The position numbers were made by a program, and so were the translations under genes. Positions 21,261-30,038 of a stretch of DNA of 64,000 bases are shown in pieces. The notes below the pieces were generated by a model. It was not told the DNA's origin. It made no database searches and was given only the letters and a program-made list of their open reading frames with translations. Location of the stretch: positions 62,001-126,000 of the forward strand of contig JAANOX010000205.1 in NCBI GenBank assembly GCA_020184695.1. Reading direction: 5' to 3'. Origin of the DNA: Histomonas meleagridis 2922-C6/04-290x (lineage: Eukaryota; Protista; Parabasalia). Every line of letters begins with the position of its first letter. Positions within the stretch are counted from its first letter, which is position 1.

Positions 21261-23330
21261 ATGGGAAACAGGAATAGCAAACCAACTCCAACACCAACAC
21301 GCACAGAGGTGTTAGTAAAATATGCTCATCCAGTACAAAATGAGTGGACGAATTTAATACTATCACTTGAAAAAATTATAATGAATTTAAATGAAGAAAA
21401 TGTCATTGAATCTGTTAAATCCGCGATGAAAATTTATGATAGTAGTTATTCAAATTTTTTTAATGCAGCTCTTAGTCGTATAGTATATTCGGCATTTTTA
21501 TCACAAATGAAAGATTTTAATATTTATATTCATTTTATAGAAGAAATTGAAAATGCGGAGCAAAAAAGCGCTAATCATGAATTGATTAAAGTATTTTCAC
21601 ATTTTATTCTTGGAATAGATACACAAGAAACTTATTTTCTTCTTGAGAAATTAATAGATTTAAATTATATCTTATCAGATTTAATCCAAAAGAAGAGAAC
21701 ATATTATTTTGCACATCGTATTTTAGATAGTAAATTTTTTGATAGTTTAAGAAATGACTGGTATATTATATCACATAAATATTTCAATGATAATTATGAT
21801 GAGCTCAAAAAGAATGATTGGGAACTTCATAAAAAATATTTAAAAGAAGGAATTAATCAATCAAAAATTGCAAAAATAATTCGAAATGATGATTTAGAAA
21901 AACTTCAAGAAATATCATCACAATCAAACTTTAATTTTAATCAAACAATTGAACCATCATTTTATGAAAGATGTTCATTTATTAACCAAAAAAATGTTTC
22001 ATTAATTGATTATGCAGCATTTTTTGGATCAATTAAATGTTTTAAATATTTACTTATGAATAATGCAACATTATATTATACTGGTAAATTTGCAGTTGTT
22101 GGTGGAAATGAAGAAATTATTCATTTATGTATACAAAATAATTCAAGTTTTCTTGGAGCAAATGAAACAGCTTTTGAGTTTTATCGAAATGATATTTTTC
22201 GTTATCTTTACGAAAATGAAATTTCTAGACATGATATTGAAAAATTTTCAAGATTTTTCTTCTATTCAAAAAATGCATCTATAAATATTGAATTGTTTAA
22301 CTATTTATGCGAACATAAGGGAATAGATATAAATGTTCGAGGTGGTTTCTATATTTTGTTTTATACTCATTAGATATTTAAATGTTTCATCATAATTTTC
22401 CAAATTTTTTTGTATTGTTTATAAATCCTCTTATGAATGTATGTCAAAATGGTCATCTTGATTTGTTTAAAATACTTATTGATCAAGATTTTGATATTAA
22501 AGAGATAGATGTTTTTTGTACGTTTTCTATGTATATATTAAAAATTTTTATTTTATTTAAAATTTAGAAAATTCATTCAAATAATTTCGGAGTCTTTTTA
22601 TGTTTGCAGTCTCTGGTGGAAACATAGAAATTGTTAAAACAATTTTAGAACTTACTGATGTTGATATTAATTATCGCGACAATTCTTTATTTTACATGAT
22701 GTTTGCTTAAATTATATGGTGTATTAAAATAATAATTAATGTTTCTTTTGATTATTAAATTCAGCGCTTATGATTGCTACTAATCAAGGTCATACTGATG
22801 TAGCTAAATTCCTTCTTCAAATAAAAGGAATTAATGTGAATTTTCAAAATATTTATTGATATTTCTTGATATTTATTTCAAAAATATGAATTTTCTTAAT
22901 AATATTTTATATTCTTTTAAATTTTTTACAAGAAGTAAAGATCATTGGCTAGCAGTAAATATTTGCTTGTTTTCTTTGAAATATAATTTATTAATTTTAT
23001 AATTCAAATTATTATTTGGAATTTTATTAAATAATTTAAAACAGCACTTATTTTTGCAGCTAAAAATGGTCTTACTGAAATAGTTGAGTTACTTCTTGGT
23101 AGAAATGATATTAATATTAATGTTTTAGATATTCATTTGTTATATTAAATGTTTATTTATATGATAATGTTTTTTAAAAAAATTTTGGGAATTTATTTAA
23201 ATTATGTAAAACAGCTCTTGATTATGCACGTGAAAATGGATACGAAGAAATTGCTAATATGATTACTCAGAGAGCTGCAGTTCTACATCAAAATAGGTAT
23301 TCTTTTTATGTCAATAGAAATTATATGTAA
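21261..23330 (+). CDS. Ankyrin-repeat/DUF3447-type gene B; fully open (553 aa) after removal of 24 17-nt spacers
   Basis: 2070 nt minus 24x17 = 1662 nt = 554 codons with no internal stop; N-terminus MGNRNSK is a possible myristoylation site. Confidence 0.85.
22344..23207 (+). other. Six 80-nt blocks of 4x(17-nt spacer + 1 codon) (gene B)
   Basis: 22344-22423 (LNQI), 22511-22590 (YLKR), 22681-22760 (DGNN), 22851-22930 (DEYT), 22961-23040 (EYGK), 23131-23210 (NCGK); all exactly 80 nt. Confidence 0.88.
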
Positions 23331-23529
23331 AAATATAATTCCTCTATTAACATTTCTAGAATAATGAAAATTTGGGTGCAAAACTTGAAGCTAAGCTTTT
23401 ATGGGCGAAAATATTAGAATCTATCTACTAAAATCAGTATTTTGAAAAAAAAAATAATTTTTATTTCTAAGACAAATTTTTATTAAGCATAATGGTTGTG
23501 TAATTTAATGTAGATCAAAAATAAATTCA

Positions 23530-24379
23530 ATGAAGTCCTAACTGTCATTCATTTTTGGTAAATTTTTCATTTGTGCCAAGATAAGCAGAATAAGAATAAC
23601 ACGCTTCAAATGAATAACTGGGAAAACACATCCTCATATCGTTCTTCCAAGTGGAATTCATCTGATAACTCTCATGGGCCTGGTGTAGAATGGACATCTT
23701 CTGCTGGCCCCACCTGGAACGTTTCAAATCCAAGCCCACTTGGGGAAACAGTCCTAATAAGTCCAGTGGACACACAAACAATTCACCTAACATAGCTGTT
23801 CCTACAAAGCCCATACCAAACCCACCTAATAACTCATTTCAATCAGGATCCGGAGTTTCATCTATGAATTCAATCAAAGCTGCACCTCCTCCATAGAATG
23901 CAAATGAAACGCACAACAAAGAGAATAACGGAAAACCACCAAACCCACAAAGTTCAAACCAAGGCAAAGATAAATCAACTTCTTAACCAAGTCCAACAAC
24001 TGATAAAAAAGATGACACTAAATTACCATCACATACAACGAGTTCAAGTGAAGACAAAGACCAAAAACCACAAATACCAGCAGCAGATACAAAAGATGAG
24101 ACTATACCGCAAACAAATTCTAATCAAGACAAAGATCAAAAGCCGCCATCACCTGACGCACAAGCTTCACCGAGTGGAGCAGCTTCCGATTTTGAATATC
24201 CCAACACGGGACCCATTTACCTAATTCGTATTCCATGTCCAGTAATGATACCGTATTACACTTATAACAATATGCTGAACATGCAATATCCAATGCATCA
24301 ACAATATCCACAATTTATTCCGATGCAGCAACAGTATCCAACGGTAAACTGTTGCACACCTCAGCCGCAAATGATATAG
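23530..24379 (+). pseudogene. Decayed gene for a low-complexity Ser/Pro/Gln-rich, possibly secreted protein
   Basis: Coding-like composition. In-frame TAA (23539), TAG (23894), TAA (23984) and two frameshifts; ends QYPMHQQYPQF...PQMI*. Confidence 0.65.
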
Positions 24380-24599
24380 TAGCACTAGGAGCAAAACTCA
24401 AATCTACAAGTCTACTCGATCTAAACTTTTCGGAATATAAATTTCGAATTCTTTGAATAAATTTTGGGTATACGTTCAAATGATATTATTTAAGAGCGAT
24501 TCGCTTTCTTTGTATCCACAATGTGATAAATATTCATTTCATGAATTAATTCTCTGAGCATATTATAGAAGTGGAAATTATAATTGTAATTATATAGGA

Positions 24600-24745
24600 A
24601 AATCATAAGCGCATCCACACGCAAAGTTCACCCATTTTGCTTGAGGACAACAGTGAATATTCGCTCAAAGAAATTTGTTTTTGAATCCACAGTGCCTAAT
24701 AATAGAAACGATGCCCAAGAATGATCTTCTTATAAAAACACTTTT
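24600..24745 (-). pseudogene. Possible WD40 relic
   Basis: Minus strand reads KIILGHRFYY*ALWIQKQISLSEYSLLSSSKMGELCVW, resembling one GH...LLSSS.GELCVW WD repeat. Confidence 0.35.
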
Positions 24746-25062
24746 TCTTGATACTGCTTTTAAAATAAAAATATTCGCAAATGAATAAATTTCAAAATAA
24801 TATCTCCCCTTCAAAATTGTATACAATTAAATAAATATTTTATAGATATATGTACGATTTTTTAATTAAAGTTTTCATTCATATCTAAAAATTGTTACAA
24901 CAGGTAAAATATTTTACTTGGTTAACAATCACATGATTCAGTTGGATTAAAAGATTTTATTAGATTAAAAAACTCTAATTAAAAATAATTATTTTAATCA
25001 ATTTGTTACTCGGAGAGAAAAATGCACATTAAAAGACAGTTTATTTATTTAAACTGATCAGT

Positions 25063-26241
25063 TTAGAAATACTTTGCGAAGTCACTTTGGAGTTCCTGAA
25101 TGGCGATGTGGTAAAACTCTTGAAGTTTTTGAAGTTTTTTTATTTCTGACTTGTCGATTATATTTATATTATAACCCCTTGGATCAAACCTTTTCCTTCC
25201 AATTTGTTTCAGATAATTGTCTATATCAGGAAGTTCTAAGTTAATCATTATCTGAATTTTACTTTTAAGATAATTAAGTGCACATTGACTAATTGTATCC
25301 AATAAAATAAGAACTTCTGTGTTACCGTATATAAACTCATCAATAACTTTGGATTCAGCAACATCAGCAACATAAAAATCTAAAAGTAAAGAAGTTTTTA
25401 TTTGGCGTTTTTCAAGTTCTACATGAAGTTCATTAATATATTTCATGCAACGTGAAATAACTAACATTTTATTTCCAGATAATTGTGCAATTATATCTAA
25501 AGCTGTTGGAATTTTATTTTGAGAATCTTCAACATTTACATAGTATAAGTATTCTCCTTCAAGACTAAGATAATATCCTTTGTCCATAATCTGAACAGGA
25601 TCATTTACAAATTGCTTAATTACATTATATAACTCAAAACGAATATCATTAGAAAAAAATAAAATTTGGATATCTGGATTAAGTTTAGAGAGTATTCCTT
25701 CTATACAATGAATGGAATGTGATGAAAAAATAGTATAAGATTCATCAATACATACTATTTTAAGATTTTGTAAGTTCATAACATTGTGTTCATGAAGAAA
25801 TTGTATGGTTTCTGGTTTTGAAATTATGATATGAGGACATTGTTTGTTAAGAGTATTATTTTTATCTTGATCAAAATATGACACAAACAAGTTAGGCATT
25901 TTCTCACTTAAGCCTATTAATTTCTTGTATGTGTGTATAGCAAGAGTATGTGATGATGATAGAATAAGTGCTTGAGTTACTTGAACGGAGGTATCAATTG
26001 ATTGTAAAATGCCAATTGAAAATGCGCATGTAATTCCTGATCCACTTTTGGCTTGTGTAACTACGGAACGTCCCATTTTTATAGGATTTATTACCAATGA
26101 TTGAAAATATGTTGGACTATGTAATCCAAATGAGTAAATACCTGATTCAAGGTCTTTGTTCAAGTTCATTTCTGAAAAACTCTCAATTTCTTCAAACCAA
26201 TTAGAAAAAAGTTTTGTTTCTTGTTTCAATCTTGAATTCAA
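25063..26241 (-). CDS. Divergent eIF4A-like DEAD-box helicase with degenerate catalytic motifs
   Basis: FSEMNLNKDLESGIYSFG Q-motif region and QALILSSS (PTRELA position). Motif I is AKSGSGIT, motif II DESY, motif III SND, motif VI KQIGRKRF. First ATG at 26169. Confidence 0.75.
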   Translation of the reverse strand: MNSRLKQETKLFSNWFEEIESFSEMNLNKDLESGIYSFGLHSPTYFQSLVINPIKMGRSVVTQAKSGSGITCAFSIGILQSIDTSVQVTQALILSSSHTLAIHTYKKLIGLSEKMPNLFVSYFDQDKNNTLNKQCPHIIISKPETIQFLHEHNVMNLQNLKIVCIDESYTIFSSHSIHCIEGILSKLNPDIQILFFSNDIRFELYNVIKQFVNDPVQIMDKGYYLSLEGEYLYYVNVEDSQNKIPTALDIIAQLSGNKMLVISRCMKYINELHVELEKRQIKTSLLLDFYVADVAESKVIDEFIYGNTEVLILLDTISQCALNYLKSKIQIMINLELPDIDNYLKQIGRKRFDPRGYNINIIDKSEIKKLQKLQEFYHIAIQELQSDFAKYF

Positions 26242-26294
26242 GTCAAATAAATCTTCTCTTTCAAAGGTTTACATTTTAATGCGCACGTTTATAA

Positions 26295-26730
26295 CTATTT
26301 CAAGTCCTGGACATTTGGTATATAAATATTCATAAGGTTTATACATCCTCTGAATGCACCAGATTCAATACTTCGTACACCTACATCTAAAGTTATTGTT
26401 TCAAATCCTGTACATTTGGAAAATGCATTATCACCATGCTATCACAACGAATTGTAATATCAATTAATGAAATACATTCATAAAATGCACTTCATCCAAT
26501 TCCACTCACTAATTTTTCTGGAAATTTTACATATTCTAATTTTTTACATGATGCAAATGCTCCATTATATTTCCAACTGACTCTCCAATTATTACTGATG
26601 TTAACAAAGACCATTGTTTGGGTACATTATTTTCAAGCTCTCCAACATTAATAATTATAAAATGTTCTATAACATTCAGATACTCTTTTGAAAAATCATC
26701 TGAAGCAGTTATTGTGAGAGTATTTGTTTT
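26295..26730 (-). pseudogene. BspA/LRR_5 pseudogene directly upstream of the helicase ORF
   Basis: Frameshifted and stop-containing TpLRR units (GAFASCKKLEYVKFP, G*SAFYECISLIDITI, GDNAFSKCTG, SGAFRGCINL). Confidence 0.7.
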
Positions 26731-27439
26731 GTGTTAGCAAAAAATATATTCATCAAAATCAAAAATATTTTGAAATTTCATTTATTTTTATTATAAATTA
26801 AATAATTTTTATAAAAATATTTAATAAAAAGAAAAAAAGAATGTTAAAATCCTTGTAAACAATGAAAATTTTTGAATAATATTCCTTCAAATAGAAAAAA
26901 AAAATCCTTTTTCCCAATAAATGAATTTTTTTTTCTCATTTCGAAATTTTCGTTATTTGAATGTTTTAACAAACGCTTATTATCCAAGTGGCTATTCCAT
27001 ATTTTTAATGATGTTAATCCAAGGTTTATAGGTTTTTCATGCCTTTACATTTTAGACAGAAACAAAGCAACTGCAAATATCTTACTTGTTTTTTTTTTTT
27101 AAAAAACAAATACTTAAAAATTTTAATATCATTTTGCAGAGTTGTACTTGAATGCTTGCCCCCAAATAGTTAGATAGAAGTATTTTTTGAATACAAAATA
27201 TTAAATTTAATAACTTATAATTTCATAAAGTTGAAAGTGATTTGACACAAGCGGGGCACAAACCTTAACCAGGAGGAATTATTCATCTGGGATACAATGA
27301 TTTAAGTAAAATTAAAATATGTTAAAAAAATTAAATTTCATTAAGATATGCACACAAACTTAATTGAACAAATCTACCAAAATTTAGATCCAATTGTAAA
27401 TAGTCTTCATTGGAGATTAATTCCAATAATAAATATTAC

Positions 27440-27690
27440 ATCCAAATTCTGCAACAACAATTGGAAATTTTCAGAATTAGCAACAGTTATCATTGGAGAA
27501 AATGTAAACTTTATCATTTTTCTGTTGTAATAATTTTACATGTATTTATTTTACAGGCTATGAATCACCAACTGACATGGGTTGTGATGCCTTTGACATC
27601 AAATTTACACCAAGACACAACACTTTGCTCAAATTTTTAAACTGTTTTTTATCTGGTCACATCACAAAATTAACACAGAAATTGTTTTGA
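27440..27690 (+). pseudogene. BspA C-terminal relic
   Basis: SELATVIIGENV...CNNFTCIYFTGYESP, across a frameshift, resembles the terminal LRR/cap of the intact BspA (LTLVTIGDV...LKCLYYYGELEP). Confidence 0.5.
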
Positions 27691-27724
27691 AAAATGTTTT
27701 ATTGTTGTTGTCGGGGGCCAATCC

Positions 27725-28480
27725 CTAGGGAGCAGGAACTTTTGGAAACTTATTTGGTTCGGAAATGAGTTGAATCTTTTGAATTGGAAGAGAATGTTCG
27801 TCGGGCAAATTATTTTGCTTTTTGACATCATTCTTCCTTTTCCTTTTTCGGGTTGTTTTCCTTTTTGGAAATGGTTGAAGTGTTGCTTTTTCAGGAAATG
27901 GGGTTGCTGATGAAAATGCAGAACATTTCAAAAGTCTATCATTGAATTTCATATACTTCAAAGCCATAATAACTGACAATGAAGTGGGCAAATCAGCAAA
28001 ACGAACTTTAAAACTATTTGGCGAATATGGATGAACCTCAAAATACGAATGACCCACAACCATTGTTAGAAATGACCTAAAATTCTTTAGCGTGGAATTG
28101 TGAACATTAGAAACAATAATTATTGTTGGATCAACAAAATACCTCAAAACAATTATTACATCTCCACAATTTGCAATTGAATATTTTTGCTTTTGCGATT
28201 TAATGTATTTAATTATTTCCTCAATTGTTGGTTTGAATTTTAATAAATCAGGATGGTAAAGGAGAGCTTTAATTGGGAGGTTTGAAGTACCGAGCAGCTT
28301 TGAAAATAGCCTAATATCCTTGGTAAAGTTTTCTATTGCAAGCAAGTACTCGATTTTTCTTCCAAGATTGAAGCAGTCGTTGTCTTCCACCATGTAATGA
28401 ACACTAACAGACTTTGTCAAATCGATATTCAAAAATTCTGAGCATATTCTGCCAAAAAATAAAGTGAAGTGAAACCGCAC
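27725..28480 (-). CDS. Hypothetical protein with possible RRM-like domain and basic tail
   Basis: SFKVRFADLPTSLSVIMALKYMKFNDRLLKC is RNP1-like; RKTTRKRKRK is NLS-like. Start uncertain (first ATG at 28393). Confidence 0.5.
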   Translation of the reverse strand: MRFHFTLFFGRICSEFLNIDLTKSVSVHYMVEDNDCFNLGRKIEYLLAIENFTKDIRLFSKLLGTSNLPIKALLYHPDLLKFKPTIEEIIKYIKSQKQKYSIANCGDVIIVLRYFVDPTIIIVSNVHNSTLKNFRSFLTMVVGHSYFEVHPYSPNSFKVRFADLPTSLSVIMALKYMKFNDRLLKCSAFSSATPFPEKATLQPFPKRKTTRKRKRKNDVKKQNNLPDEHSLPIQKIQLISEPNKFPKVPAP

Positions 28481-28707
28481 TTTTTAATTTCCACTTTTTG
28501 AGTTTAAACATATCACCTCACTCCAAAATTTCTTTTTGATTCATTAAGTCGTAATGAACGTTGTTCCATAAACCCAAACATCAACTCTTTTTTAGAATTT
28601 TCTCATTTAGATAAAGATATAAAAAAACTTTTGGTTAAACTATATTCTAAAATTTTTAATCATAATCACAGCCTATCTTATTTTAAAGCTTTTACTAACA
28701 AATATAT

Positions 28708-29694
28708 TTAATCTGACCAATCTGAAACATCACAAATTGGACCAATTTGTTCTTCTGGTCTCCAAACACACATAAAAGAATCGCAACCAGCAGACGCAAT
28801 TCCATCATCAAATGCAGTCAAAGCTACGATTTCCATCACATGTCCAAACAAAGCTTGTGATTTAGTCATATTAATAATTGCGTTTGATTCAGGTACAAAC
28901 AAATCTTCGTTATGAGTACACATCTGTACATTCCTCGCAAAATTCGGTGGAGTCTTCAACATATATTGTAAAAATGTTGATGTACCTTCATCAACACTCC
29001 ACTGCCTAATGCATCCCTGTTTGTCAAGAGAATAAATTTGTCTTCCATTTTCACTCATTGTTATCCCTATTATCGGTTGATCATGTGCAGGAAGATCATT
29101 TGTATCAAATAATGATTGCTTCCACCAACCAAATTGGAATGGAGAATATGGGTTTCGTATGTCAAAGAGATATAAATTACCTTCTTCATCACCACAGACA
29201 ACTGATGAATCGGATGCCCATTCAACAACATTGATAATGGTTTGCTTGGGCGCTTTAAGACCAATAAGGTTTGCAGATTCCCTTATATCGAAAATACGAG
29301 TAAGTCCTTTATCTAAGGCAGCAGCAATAATTGGTGATTTGGAATTAAAAGAACATGAAAATACTTTGGTGCCGCAATCATATTCAATAAATGGTTCTTG
29401 ATATTTAGCAGTGTTGTATATTCTTACGTAGTTATCATAAGAAGAAGTAAGAAAGTTATTTTTTTGATCTTTCCGCCATTTAATATCTGTTATTATTGTA
29501 GGACATGGTAAGCATGTGCAAAAAATAGGTTGTAGCTTGATAGCGTCATAAAGAAAAAAATATCCGTTTTCTGTTGATCCTACAATGAATCTTTTTTCAA
29601 TGAAATCTGTATCAAGTGATGTTATTGTAGAACCTTTAAGATGTGGAGTTGAATATTGTGATACAACTCTATATCTTCCTTCTGAAATAAGCAT
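28708..29694 (-). CDS. WD40-repeat protein, ERCC8/CSA(Rad28)-like
   Basis: ITSLDTDFIEKRFIVGSTENGYFFLYD resembles the CSA N-terminal repeat; multiple WD repeats (LTSSYDNYVRIY, TRIFDIR, NLYLFDIR). Confidence 0.65.
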   Translation of the reverse strand: MLISEGRYRVVSQYSTPHLKGSTITSLDTDFIEKRFIVGSTENGYFFLYDAIKLQPIFCTCLPCPTIITDIKWRKDQKNNFLTSSYDNYVRIYNTAKYQEPFIEYDCGTKVFSCSFNSKSPIIAAALDKGLTRIFDIRESANLIGLKAPKQTIINVVEWASDSSVVCGDEEGNLYLFDIRNPYSPFQFGWWKQSLFDTNDLPAHDQPIIGITMSENGRQIYSLDKQGCIRQWSVDEGTSTFLQYMLKTPPNFARNVQMCTHNEDLFVPESNAIINMTKSQALFGHVMEIVALTAFDDGIASAGCDSFMCVWRPEEQIGPICDVSDWSD

Positions 29695-30038
29695 CTACAA
29701 AACAGCAATGTTGTTGTTGAATATTCAATTTTTCTAGACTGGGCACGTTAATTTGCAAACACAACATTGGCACTTTTATTTTACCAGAAATTCTATGAAA
29801 TTTGATCCCACACCCAACAAAAATTCTCTTGATGATTCCTCTGGTTGTTTATTAAGCTATGCTACATGAAATGATTCTGCTATATTAAAATAATATATTA
29901 CCGAATTGTCTGATACCCACTAAAAACTAAATCGGAGTCCAAAGAATTAAATTACGAATTTTGAATTAATTATTTGTCAATCGACAGCATTTGAAAAAAA
30001 AATTCAATTGTTTATATTTTTAATAAAAATAATCTGTT

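Noticed and set aside
22961-23040. T4 gene 60-style translational bypass
   Set aside because: Take-off codons (GAT, GAA, TAT, GGA) do not match the last triplet of the spacers (mostly TTT), so the matched-codon rule fails; a non-classical bypass is not excluded.
23530-24379. Genome-wide TAA/TAG=Gln genetic code
   Set aside because: Conserved genes (RPL5, TOR, UGGT) end at TAA at their expected C-termini and have no internal TAR.
27150-27300. Slightly GC-rich patch with a short inverted TGCCCC/GGGGCA pair as a possible ncRNA
   Set aside because: Only 6 bp of complementarity and no recognisable RNA family motif.
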